Origin: Candidatus Electronema halotolerans
GTDB lineage: Bacteria > Desulfobacterota > Desulfobulbia > Desulfobulbales > Desulfobulbaceae
DNA: 32,000 bases
Reading direction: 5' to 3'
Assembly: GCA_942493095.1 (NCBI GenBank)
Contig: OW818675.1
Coordinates: forward strand, 870,001-902,000
Part shown: in pieces, positions 18,427 to 27,195 of the stretch
Layout: every line of letters begins with the position of its first letter
How positions within the stretch are numbered: position 1 is the first letter of the stretch
The notes under the pieces: generated by a model
The model's database searches: none
What the model saw: the letters and a program-made list of their open reading frames with translations, nothing else
What the model was told of the DNA's origin: nothing
Translations under genes and position numbers: made by a program

Positions 18427-19242
18427 TCAGGAAGAATGCTGCCGGGCAATATGACTGAACATCTGCACCAGGCCGAGACTGAGGGAAAAGCCCATCTGCG
18501 GCGGGAGATTGGTGCCGCAGCAGGCGTCAAAGAGGATGGTCAGCGAGGAATCCAAGCCGTCTTCCGCAGCCTGCCAGCATAAGAGCAGGGGGAAGTGCGG
18601 CAGCGGATGGAGAACCAAGGCCAAATCCGCGTCAAAGCCGGAAACTGGCTCGCCCATGAACAGGTCGGCCAAGTCTTGCAGCAGGCCGGGATGCTGATCG
18701 GCCAAGTCTTGCAGCAGGTTTTCGCAGCGGCTGGCAAAAAGATTCCGCCGCTCCATGCCGCCTGGCAGATCGCGGAAATTGAGCCAGCGGCCTGTGACCG
18801 CCTGATGCTGGGGATTGGCGATATAGGCAAGCAAAGGAGCCTTGACCCAAGGAATGAGATGGCATTCGGAATGCACTTGTCCCTGCTGGTCAACAGCAAA
18901 TTCCTTGCCCAGCAGCTTGAGCGCCAGTCTGCCGCCTGCGGCATCTTCTCTGAACACGCCGCCAAGACGCGGAGCAAGTTCAGGCAAGTTCAGCCCGGAG
19001 ATTTTTTGCTCCAGCCCGCTCAGGTCCTTGACAAACTGGTACAGTTCCTGACCTGCGCCGCCTTTGGCACTGGCGGCAAGACGCGCCCTGCTCGGCTCAT
19101 CCAGCAGCGGGCAGTCAGCCAGTATTTTCTGGCCAGCACTCACGGCTGCGGCAAAGGCGAGACAGGAAGGTAGCTGGCAGCGACCGCAGTTGCTCTTTGC
19201 CAGTGCCTTGTAAATGTCCAAGGGTTTAAGAATGCCAGACAT
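18427..19242 (-). CDS. DUF3786-like protein with N-terminal CFeSP-type 4Fe-4S domain
   Basis: MSGILKPLDIYKALAKSNCGRCQLPSCLAFAAAVSAGQKILADCPLLDE (same Cx2Cx4C...C pattern as the AcsC N-terminus), followed by a DUF3786-like body. Start placed at ATG 19242. Confidence 0.65.
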   Translation of the reverse strand: MSGILKPLDIYKALAKSNCGRCQLPSCLAFAAAVSAGQKILADCPLLDEPSRARLAASAKGGAGQELYQFVKDLSGLEQKISGLNLPELAPRLGGVFREDAAGGRLALKLLGKEFAVDQQGQVHSECHLIPWVKAPLLAYIANPQHQAVTGRWLNFRDLPGGMERRNLFASRCENLLQDLADQHPGLLQDLADLFMGEPVSGFDADLALVLHPLPHFPLLLCWQAAEDGLDSSLTILFDACCGTNLPPQMGFSLSLGLVQMFSHIARQHSS

Positions 19243-19304
19243 GCAGAAATGGTGAGAGAAAGGAAGGCGGAGCCGCACAGGATGCAGTGCGGCTCCGGTG
19301 GCTG

Positions 19305-19490
19305 TCAGACATCGTTGACAGTGATGGCATCCTCTGGGCAGACCTCAACACAGGTCTCGCAGCCCAAACATTCGTCGATGTTCACCGGCTCAGATTTTCC
19401 GTCAACCAGCGCCAGCACACCTGCTGGACAATTGCCGACGCATTCCTCGCAGCCAGTGCATTTCTCCTTATCTACAGTCACTTCCCACAT
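19305..19490 (-). CDS. 2[4Fe-4S] ferredoxin, tandem copy
   Basis: MWEVTVDKEKCTGCEECVGNCPAGVLALVDGKSEPVNIDECLGCETCVEVCPEDAITVNDV; two CxxCxxCxxxCP motifs; SD AAGGAG. Confidence 0.95.
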   Translation of the reverse strand: MWEVTVDKEKCTGCEECVGNCPAGVLALVDGKSEPVNIDECLGCETCVEVCPEDAITVNDV

Positions 19491-19538
19491 TTTTTACTCC
19501 TTGGAGAGTGGTGGGGTCAAAAAAGTTGCCGCAGCCTG

Positions 19539-19724
19539 TCATTCTTCTGCAACAGTGATGGCATCCTCCGGGCAGACCTCAACACAGGTCTCGCAGCCCA
19601 GACAGTCATTGATGTTCACCGGCTCAGATTTTCCGTCAACCAGCTCCAGCACACCTGCCGGGCAATTGCCGACGCATTCCTCGCAGCCAGTGCATTTCTC
19701 TTTATCTACAGTTACTTCCCACAT
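19539..19724 (-). CDS. 2[4Fe-4S] ferredoxin, tandem copy
   Basis: MWEVTVDKEKCTGCEECVGNCPAGVLELVDGKSEPVNINDCLGCETCVEVCPEDAITVAEE; SD AGGAG. Confidence 0.95.
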   Translation of the reverse strand: MWEVTVDKEKCTGCEECVGNCPAGVLELVDGKSEPVNINDCLGCETCVEVCPEDAITVAEE

Positions 19725-19759
19725 ATCCGCGCTCCTATGAGAGTTGGTTTGAAAAAAGC

Positions 19760-19945
19760 TTAATTCTCGGCAACAGTGATGGCATCCTCCGGGCAGACCT
19801 CAACGCAGGTCTCGCAGCCCAGACATTCGTCGATGTTCACCGGCTCAGATTTTCCGTCAACCAGCTCCAGAACACCTGCCGGGCAATTGTTGACGCATTC
19901 CTCACAGCCAGTGCATTTCTCCTTATCTACAGTCACTTCCCACAT
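19760..19945 (-). CDS. 2[4Fe-4S] ferredoxin, tandem copy
   Basis: MWEVTVDKEKCTGCEECVNNCPAGVLELVDGKSEPVNIDECLGCETCVEVCPEDAITVAEN; SD AAGGAG. Confidence 0.95.
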   Translation of the reverse strand: MWEVTVDKEKCTGCEECVNNCPAGVLELVDGKSEPVNIDECLGCETCVEVCPEDAITVAEN

Positions 19946-20356
19946 TTTGTCTTCTCCTTCCGGGTGGCGGGTTTTCTAACCCATTTGTACAGAAATAACA
20001 ATGGCTGATGCGTGCTGCTCATCAACCGGCATGATCAAAACGGCTTGCTGCGGCCCTTGCCGGACAAATTTTTTTCCGATTCGTGCAGCTATTTGAATCA
20101 TAAGGAAAAAATATAATACACCCTGATCAGGCAATTTCTTTGTCAGCAGCGGCAAAATTACCTATAATTAAAACGCTGTCAATCTTTTTTTGCAGTTTTT
20201 TTTTCACAATTTTGGCAAAAAAAACACCGGCTGTCTATCTTGCTGTAATGAAGGTTTTTTATCCGAACCAAATTCCCTTCCAATTCTCCCCTGCTGTTTC
20301 ACCGCCAAGCCGCCTGCTGCGCCCGATGAAAAAACAATGCCGATGAAAAAATCGAC

Positions 20357-20385
20357 TTGACTGAAGTTGAAAAGTATCATATTTT
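20357..20385 (+). promoter_or_regulatory. Candidate sigma70-type promoter for the outer-membrane protein gene
   Basis: TTGACT - 17 bp - TATTTT in an AT-rich stretch about 60 bp upstream of the ATG at 20448. Confidence 0.4.
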
Positions 20386-20447
20386 GTATTCATGGTACGG
20401 AAATTTTGCTTGGGGCTGACCTGAAAACAGTGAAAAGGAGATGAACA

Positions 20448-21695
20448 ATGAAGAAAGTGCTTGTTGCCGGTGCTGCTCTGATGCTGGCCGGTGCCACTGC
20501 GGCGGATGCGGGCGTGAACCTGAGTGGCGATGCCCGCGCCACCTATGTGGGCAAACAGGATTACCAGCGCAATATCGATCAAGACAGTGCGGACGGTTAT
20601 CACGATTATATTGAATCGCGCATTGGTCTGAATATTGACGGCAAGACCTCGAAAGAAGGCATGTTTGTCAAGGCCCGCGTCTATTTTGACGGCTATGGGT
20701 TTGAGGATGACGCGCCGTGGAATGGCACGGAGAATCAGCAGGTCACAGTTGACTACGCCTACATGCAGATTCCTCTGGGGCCGAACTGGGCGATCAAGGC
20801 GGGTCGGGTCAACCCTGACTTCTCCAAGTTCTATTCGTGGAACATTCGTCCCACCCGCGTCTATGCCATGTACCAGAACGGCAACTTTGCCTTCAAGCCG
20901 TTTCTCGGTGTGAAGCAGGAGGAGACGAGCACTGATACAGACAACTGGGATGACAACGACTTCATGGAATACGGTTTTGTCGCCTCTCTCAAGCTGCTGA
21001 CCGGCTGGACAGTGAAAGCTTATGGCCGCTATGATGACGACCAGCGGGAGTGGGATAAATCTGCGGATGAGGTATACAGGGTTACAGGAGACGTTGCCTC
21101 TGGTTTTAAGGTTACTGAGTCGTATCCAACGACATCTCACAAGGACAAGTCCGGCTTCACCGGTGATCTGGTCCTCACCAATGACGGCGCAGCCTGTCCC
21201 ATCGGCTTCACTGCCGAGCTGGCCTACAAGGCCGCTGACCTGCAAGGCACGGAAGATGACGGCATCGGCTCTTATGTCATGCTGTCCAAGAGAATGACCG
21301 ACAGATTCACCCCGGCAATTCTGGCAGGCATGACCAAAGACGGCTACGTGGCTGACAACGACTTTGGTTTTGTCATGGTCGGCGGCGACACCTCTTCACA
21401 GGTGATGCGCGTTGGTGACGGCGGCGACCTGCTCTTTGGTGCCTTTGTTGCCAACTACGCAGCCAGCGAGCGTCTCACTCTGACCGGCAACCTGCTCTAC
21501 GCTGATTTTGACAACGACGAGGCAGGTGCCTTCGACAACGCTATTGAGGTCTCAGGTGTTGCCTCTTATGCGCTCTCTGACTCAGCCAGCCTGACCTACA
21601 AAGCTGGTTATTTGGCCCCCAGCGTCATCGATGGCGGCGGTGTTGCGGAAGATGCCTATTTTGGCCATCTGCTGCGTCTGAATCTTGCCTTCTAA
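20448..21695 (+). CDS. Outer-membrane beta-barrel protein / porin
   Basis: Signal peptide MKKVLVAGAALMLAGATAADA; alternating amphipathic strands; terminal Phe (HLLRLNLAF*); SD AAGGAG. Confidence 0.85.
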   Translation: MKKVLVAGAALMLAGATAADAGVNLSGDARATYVGKQDYQRNIDQDSADGYHDYIESRIGLNIDGKTSKEGMFVKARVYFDGYGFEDDAPWNGTENQQVTVDYAYMQIPLGPNWAIKAGRVNPDFSKFYSWNIRPTRVYAMYQNGNFAFKPFLGVKQEETSTDTDNWDDNDFMEYGFVASLKLLTGWTVKAYGRYDDDQREWDKSADEVYRVTGDVASGFKVTESYPTTSHKDKSGFTGDLVLTNDGAACPIGFTAELAYKAADLQGTEDDGIGSYVMLSKRMTDRFTPAILAGMTKDGYVADNDFGFVMVGGDTSSQVMRVGDGGDLLFGAFVANYAASERLTLTGNLLYADFDNDEAGAFDNAIEVSGVASYALSDSASLTYKAGYLAPSVIDGGGVAEDAYFGHLLRLNLAF

Positions 21696-21724
21696 GGCAA
21701 GCAGTCCTGAACAGACAGAAGAAG

Positions 21725-21754
21725 AAACGGAGCTATTTAGCTCCGTTTTTTTTT
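21725..21754 (+). terminator. Rho-independent terminator downstream of the porin
   Basis: aaacggagct-attt-agctccgttt followed by a T tract: perfect 10-bp stem, 4-nt loop. Confidence 0.9.
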
Positions 21755-21763
21755 GCGCAGCCT

Positions 21764-22330
21764 TTACTGGATTGCGTTGCAGGAGATGGATTGCAGCAGT
21801 TCCTCCACTTCCGCCTCAGTATCCAGCCGCCGCAGCAGCTCCGGCGGCAGCTCATCAGGCTGGGCAAAGCTCTCCCGCTGGCGGACAAAAATCTCCCAGC
21901 GGCCATCCGAAACCGCGTTCGGGTCTTTGGCCCGCAGTTCAAGACGGCGTTTAGTCTCCTCTTCTGAGCAGGAACAGAGAACAAAGAGCGGCCTTGCACC
22001 CAATCGCTCCGCCAAATGCCTCACCTCACTGCGGCCAGCAGTGACGCTGTAGGAACCATCCAAGATCACCCCTGACGCACCCTGTTGCAAAGCCTTTTCA
22101 GCCCGGTCCAGCAGGGCCTGATAGGTCTTTGCGGTCAGCTCCGGGCTGTAAATGCCCTCACCCATTCCTGCCGGACGGCGGTCAGTGGCGGCAATGCCTG
22201 CCAGCTCCTTGCGCACCCGGTCGGAATTGAAATAGGGCAGATCGCGCTCAACGGCAAAACGTTCGGCCAAGAAGGATTTGCCAGAAGCAATCAGACCGAA
22301 AAAAATATAGATTATCGGTTCAGCCGACAT
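21764..22330 (-). CDS. AAA/P-loop ATP-binding kinase-like protein (gluconokinase/zeta-like fold)
   Basis: MSAEPIIYIFFGLIASGKSFLAERFA (Walker A), GVILDGSYSVTAGRSEVRHLAERLGARPLFVLCSCSEEETKRRLELR. Confidence 0.75.
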   Translation of the reverse strand: MSAEPIIYIFFGLIASGKSFLAERFAVERDLPYFNSDRVRKELAGIAATDRRPAGMGEGIYSPELTAKTYQALLDRAEKALQQGASGVILDGSYSVTAGRSEVRHLAERLGARPLFVLCSCSEEETKRRLELRAKDPNAVSDGRWEIFVRQRESFAQPDELPPELLRRLDTEAEVEELLQSISCNAIQ

Positions 22331-23330
22331 ACGTCTCTGCTAAAGCAAAATATTTGGCTGCCGCTTCAGTGCAGCTTGTCCGCACCGCCTCATCAACTGC
22401 TGGATCGCCTGCGGTGAACAGGCCGATCTTGCCGCGCACATAAGCCCGGTAGCACTTGTAGAAATTGAGCATCTCCTTCAGGCCGCTGTCGTCGGCAAGC
22501 TGGCTGAAGCGGTCCATGCAGTATTCGGACAGCTCGCGCAGGCCGTGGAAATCCAAGTCCATAGCAAGAAAGGCCACATCGCTGGCCACATCGCAGCAGC
22601 GGAACCGCTGGTTGAACTCAATGCAGTCAAAGATATACACCTTGTCGCCAAAGCAGATGTTGGCGGAATACAAATCGCCGTGGCAGTCGCGGATGCGGCC
22701 TTCGGAAATGCGCTGCTGGAAGCGTTCCTCTTGGGCAAGAAAATCTTTTGACCACGCTGAGATGCGGTCAAACTGCTCCTGGCTCAACGCGCCTTGACCG
22801 ATGAAGCCTTCAGTCTGGGCAAAGTTCTCCAGAATGTTGATTGCCACCTTATCAGCCTGACCAAAGCTGTCAATTTCCGCGTTGCGCTCGGCCTGCTGAT
22901 AAAAGGGAATCAGCCGCTCAACAATCGCATCAATCTGCTCGCGGCCCAGTTTGCCCGCCTTGATCAGATTGCCCATCATGCCTTCCTCCGGCATCCGAGC
23001 CATTTTCACGCCGTACTCAACGACCTCGCCGCTGCCGTTCAGGGCAAAGCCGTCGCCCTCCTTGTTCAGCGTGATCACCTCCAGATAAATCTCCGGGCAG
23101 AGGCGGCGGTTGAGCAGCAGCTCCTGTTCGCAGCAGTGCTGCCGCTTGTCTAAGGTGGAGAAGTCGAGAAAGCCGAAATTAACCGGCTTCTTAAATTTAT
23201 AGACAAAATCGCCCGCAATGAGGACAAAGGAAATATGAGTCTGTACGAGCTGCACATCCGCAGCGGCATGAGAATAGATTTCCGGGCGCAGCAGTGCTTG
23301 GATGAAGCTGGGCAGATTGCTGTCAGTCAT
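22320..23330 (-). CDS. Aminoglycoside phosphotransferase-like kinase
   Basis: VQTHISFVLIAGDFVYKFKKPVNFGFLDFSTLDKR...DCHGDLYSANICFGDKVYIFDCIEFNQRFRCCDVASDVAFLAMDL (HGDL...N...D catalytic loop). Start placed at ATG 23330 with SD AAGGAG. Confidence 0.8.
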   Translation of the reverse strand: MTDSNLPSFIQALLRPEIYSHAAADVQLVQTHISFVLIAGDFVYKFKKPVNFGFLDFSTLDKRQHCCEQELLLNRRLCPEIYLEVITLNKEGDGFALNGSGEVVEYGVKMARMPEEGMMGNLIKAGKLGREQIDAIVERLIPFYQQAERNAEIDSFGQADKVAINILENFAQTEGFIGQGALSQEQFDRISAWSKDFLAQEERFQQRISEGRIRDCHGDLYSANICFGDKVYIFDCIEFNQRFRCCDVASDVAFLAMDLDFHGLRELSEYCMDRFSQLADDSGLKEMLNFYKCYRAYVRGKIGLFTAGDPAVDEAVRTSCTEAAAKYFALAETYVG

Positions 23331-23767
23331 GAATTGCTCCTTGTGGTTGTGCTCCGGCCTATACAGGCAGGGCCGGAATTGCATTGTTGCTGGGGCATCG
23401 TGCGCTTTCCGCTCCTGCTCCCAGCTTGCTTGGTCAGGCCAAGATACGGCCCAGCCTGTGTTTTGTCAATAAAATAACCCAACTTGACAGCTATTGCGCA
23501 ACAAAATCAGATGGTAGGCTGAATCAGTTGATTGCTGATCAGATGCTGTCTGAATAGCACCAGTTCTCCAAAGTGAGGACAATAAAAAATTAACTGATTC
23601 AGCTATCCAATCTTTTCTCTCTCTGGCTGTTTCTTTTATTTGAGGGCAACGAACGGATACATCTGGAGGAGTGGCAAGGTTCAGTTTGAGACATGAAAAA
23701 CGATTATTTTTCACTTGCTTTTTTTGCTAAAAGAAGGATAATGGGTCGGATAACTATTTGGAGTTAG

Positions 23768-24826
23768 ATGAATAATTTTACACAGGACATAGTGAGATCA
23801 ATGAAAAGAGCAATTATTTTAGACCCGAAGATGCGTGCAGAATTTGTTCATCGATTCGATGAGATAAATGTAGAGTATGTTAAGCGGGTCGATAGGCTGC
23901 GAACCGTTAGACTTGAACCTCGCATATTACCCTATACCAAGGATAGGATGAAAGAACTCATAGATAAATTGCATAAAGACGAAAATATGCCTCTTGATGC
24001 TGCGACGGCGCAAATCATGGAACGGTTTGCTCGACCGGCATATTTTGTTCAGGACGATTCTTTTGACACACGGAATACCCCGTCAACCTCGGAGTTGATA
24101 GACAACACGGTGAATAAGGCCAAGAGCTTGATTGAGAAAGCTCTTCCCAGTGTCGGTCGTATCAACCTGCGCAACCACAGATTATCCTGGGTCGGGACCG
24201 GATGGGTAATTGCGGAAAACATCTTGGTCACGAATCGGCATGTAGCAACCGAGTTTGCCGGACATGAGGGAGATAGTTTTGTTTTTATCAGAACAGCAGG
24301 GCAGACCGCCAAGGCCGAATTAGACACTGTCCGTGAATACAAGTCCCAGAAAGAAAAGCTCTATAAAATTCGCAAGGTGCTGTGGATTGCCCCTCCAAGT
24401 TTTGAGCATGATATAGCATTCCTGTCAATAGATAAAGAATCAAATTATAATAATCCGCAGCCGCCCCCGATTGATCTGATGGATATAAGCAGCTTTGAAG
24501 ATATTCCGAACGATCATTGGATCGCCGTGATCGGATATCCCGGCAGGAGTTCCGATGATATTACAGACCAGCAACTCATCTTTGATGGTATTTATGATGT
24601 CAAACGAATACAACCCGGTCAGATAAAGGCAAAAAACAGTGCTGCCGGTATAGTGGAGCATGATGCATCAACTTTGAATGGCAACTCCGGGTCGGTGGTG
24701 CTCGACCTCACTTCCGGCAAAGCCATCGGACTTCATTTCCTCGGCATACTGGGGGAAAGGAGAATCAACAAAGCTGTGGCCGCACCTGTCATCAGGGAAC
24801 TGCTCTATAAGCATGTCCTCAGTTAA
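23768..24826 (+). CDS. Trypsin-like serine protease with N-terminal helical extension, no signal peptide seen
   Basis: Triad candidates: His in VTNRHVATEF (24239-24241), Asp in EHDIAFLSID (24410-24412), Ser in LNGNSGSVV (24686-24688). Confidence 0.85.
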   Translation: MNNFTQDIVRSMKRAIILDPKMRAEFVHRFDEINVEYVKRVDRLRTVRLEPRILPYTKDRMKELIDKLHKDENMPLDAATAQIMERFARPAYFVQDDSFDTRNTPSTSELIDNTVNKAKSLIEKALPSVGRINLRNHRLSWVGTGWVIAENILVTNRHVATEFAGHEGDSFVFIRTAGQTAKAELDTVREYKSQKEKLYKIRKVLWIAPPSFEHDIAFLSIDKESNYNNPQPPPIDLMDISSFEDIPNDHWIAVIGYPGRSSDDITDQQLIFDGIYDVKRIQPGQIKAKNSAAGIVEHDASTLNGNSGSVVLDLTSGKAIGLHFLGILGERRINKAVAAPVIRELLYKHVLS

Positions 24827-24899
24827 AACATCTTTGCAAGGGTATTCACTGCTGCAAGGAAATTAAACCATCACATTCAGTTAATTGGAGGAGAACATC

Positions 24900-27074
24900 A
24901 TGGACAGCAATCTTATTTTTTCAGACCCTAAGATGCGTGAAGAATTCCTTGATCGTTTCGACGACCTACGCAACGAGTTTCTTGCTCGTACACCTCTCAG
25001 TGAGGACGAAAAGAAGGAATTGGAAGCTCACACCAAAGATGATGCCGACAAGGCTGTGAAAATCGTCAAAGAAGGTCTCAGTACCCCTGTATCCAAAGTA
25101 CTGGAGGCGATTATCATTCGATATGGTCGCCCGGCGTATTTTGTTCAGAATGACTCGTTCAATACGGATAATACGCCCTCGACGGCTGACAAAGTTGACC
25201 AAACAGTCAATAAGGACAGAGCTGTGATTGAGAAAGCCATTCCGAGTGTTGGCCGCATCAACTTGCGCAATCATAGAATGCCTTGGGTCGGCACCGGCTG
25301 GGTAGTTGCAGAAAATGTCCTTGTAACAAACCGCCATGTGGCAGCCGAATTCGCTAGGGAAAGAAATGGAAATTTTGTCTTTGTTGGCAACACCAAGGCC
25401 AGCTTGGATACCGTCCAAGAATACGATGCGGGTGGCAGAGAGAAGATGTATCGTCTTCAAAAGGTGCTGTGGATCGCTCCGCCCGACGGGGAACATGACG
25501 TGGCATTTCTGTCCATCGATAAAAAATCAAACTATGATGATCATCCGCAGCCCACCCCGATTGAGTTGATGGATCAGAAGGCGTTTGCCGCTTTATCCGT
25601 CAAACATTGGATTGCCGTGATCGGATATCCGGCCTTGAGTCCCTATAACGACCATGCGGATCAGCAGCGTATCTTTGATGGAGTTTTTAATGTCAAGAGG
25701 ATGCAGCCTGGTCAGATCATGGCAATACCTCGCGGCATGAGTGCAGTGGAGCACGATGCGACAACATTAGGCGGTAATTCGGGATCGGTCGTCCTTGATC
25801 TTGAAACGGGCAAGGCCTTGGCACTGCATTTTGGTGGCATCGAAGGAAAAAGCAACAGTGCTGTGGCGGCTCCTGTTGTTTCAGAACTGCTGGATAAGCA
25901 TATATTCGGTCTCAGACGACAAGTTTTTCCTGTTACGACACCACCATCTCAAGACTCGAAAGGTGAATCTCCGTCTTGCCAAGAGAGCTGTGCTGTATCA
26001 ACAGGTGGTACGGCAACTTGGAAGATACCGCTTGAAGTATCAGTGACTGTGGGAACTCCTGCGATGGTTTCCGCCGACGCTGGCACGTCAACTGCTCCAA
26101 GTGCTCCCAAAACTTCGGCAGCGTCTCTCAAGGCTTCTACAGCTATCAAGGAAGGTCTGTTCGGTAAGCGATCACCCGACTTTTCCCTTGATGAGCTAAG
26201 GGAGATGTTTTCCTTGTCTGCTCTAACAGAAAACGAATTCAACTGGAATACGGCCTTATCGTTAGCTGTCGCAAGCGAGCTTGCATATAGAAGCAAATCA
26301 GTTGTTGAGCGCACGGCGGCAGAATGGGGACTCAGTGCATGCAGATTTATAGACCAAGAGGAAACTCAATGTTTTATCGCCTCCCATGAAGGCAGTGTGC
26401 TGGTTTCTTTCCGAGGTTCCGAGAGCTTGGGTGATTGGCTGGCCAATATGAACGTTTTTACAGTCAAAAGGGAGTATGGAGATGTACATGAAGGCTTTTA
26501 TAACGGCTTTGCCGACGTACGGGAGATGCTAGAGGAAGAACTTGAGCGACGCTCGCCCGATCAAGTTCTGCTTACCGGTCACAGTCTCGGAGGAGCCTTG
26601 GCGACAATCGCAGCAGCGGAATGGAATGACAAATACACCATAGGTAGTGTTTACACCTTCGGTCAGCCTGCTGTCGGGAAAGAAGACTTTGAAGAGTTTT
26701 TCAGAAGCAAATTCTTCAGGACGAATTACAGCGATAAGTTCTTTAGATTCGTCAATGATGACGATATGGTCACACGCCTGCCTCCCCTGTACCGACATCT
26801 CGAAAAACTCTATCATTTCGACACAGGAAGCGAATTGACGACTCGAACTGAGTCTGTCTCAGGTATGGCGGCGACGACGGGCGAGCCGAAGATGATGTCG
26901 GAGAAAGAATTTACCAACCTTCAGTTGCTCATGAGGAGAACTGGCAGAGGAGATGCCGCTATTATCACTGAATCAGTTGACCGCCCTGTTTTGGAAGGAT
27001 TTTTTCCGAGTGTAAGCGATCATAGCTTAAACGAATATATCAGAAAGATTAAAAGCAGAATTTCTGCTTCGTAA
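24900..27074 (+). CDS. Trypsin-like serine protease fused to class-3 lipase-like alpha/beta-hydrolase
   Basis: Protease part: VTNRHVAAEF (His 25335-25337), EHDVAFLSID, LGGNSGSVV (Ser 25779-25781). Lipase part: VSFRGSESLGDWLANMNV...VHEGFYNGFADVREML...LLTGHSLGGALATIAA (GHSLGG 26577-26594)...VYTFGQPAVGKEDF...FRFVNDDDMVTRLPP. ATG 24900 preceded by GGAGGAG; the track's 24885 start is TTG. Confidence 0.9.
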   Translation: MDSNLIFSDPKMREEFLDRFDDLRNEFLARTPLSEDEKKELEAHTKDDADKAVKIVKEGLSTPVSKVLEAIIIRYGRPAYFVQNDSFNTDNTPSTADKVDQTVNKDRAVIEKAIPSVGRINLRNHRMPWVGTGWVVAENVLVTNRHVAAEFARERNGNFVFVGNTKASLDTVQEYDAGGREKMYRLQKVLWIAPPDGEHDVAFLSIDKKSNYDDHPQPTPIELMDQKAFAALSVKHWIAVIGYPALSPYNDHADQQRIFDGVFNVKRMQPGQIMAIPRGMSAVEHDATTLGGNSGSVVLDLETGKALALHFGGIEGKSNSAVAAPVVSELLDKHIFGLRRQVFPVTTPPSQDSKGESPSCQESCAVSTGGTATWKIPLEVSVTVGTPAMVSADAGTSTAPSAPKTSAASLKASTAIKEGLFGKRSPDFSLDELREMFSLSALTENEFNWNTALSLAVASELAYRSKSVVERTAAEWGLSACRFIDQEETQCFIASHEGSVLVSFRGSESLGDWLANMNVFTVKREYGDVHEGFYNGFADVREMLEEELERRSPDQVLLTGHSLGGALATIAAAEWNDKYTIGSVYTFGQPAVGKEDFEEFFRSKFFRTNYSDKFFRFVNDDDMVTRLPPLYRHLEKLYHFDTGSELTTRTESVSGMAATTGEPKMMSEKEFTNLQLLMRRTGRGDAAIITESVDRPVLEGFFPSVSDHSLNEYIRKIKSRISAS

Positions 27075-27148
27075 GTTCCTCCTGCTCCTACTCGTGCAAA
27101 TTTGTTTTGGGGCAAGCACGAACATGATGTAGTATTCGGCAGGATGCC

Positions 27149-27180
27149 GTCCCCTATATCAAAAAAATGATACAGGGGAC
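27149..27180. terminator. Putative hairpin between convergent protease-lipase and glnS genes
   Basis: gtcccctatatca-aaaaaa-tgatacaggggac: 13-bp stem with one mismatch. Confidence 0.5.
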
Positions 27181-27195
27181 ATAGCCCTGTGCAGT

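Noticed and set aside
19305-19945. Regularly spaced repeated sequence resembling a repeat array (CRISPR-like spacing)
   Set aside because: The repeats are ~186-bp coding units with intact ferredoxin frames and SD sequences, not short repeats with unique spacers. No CRISPR array or cas gene was seen in the window.
20259-21245. 328-aa minus-strand ORF opposite the porin
   Set aside because: The plus-strand porin has a signal peptide, SD, terminal Phe and a terminator; the antisense ORF has no support.
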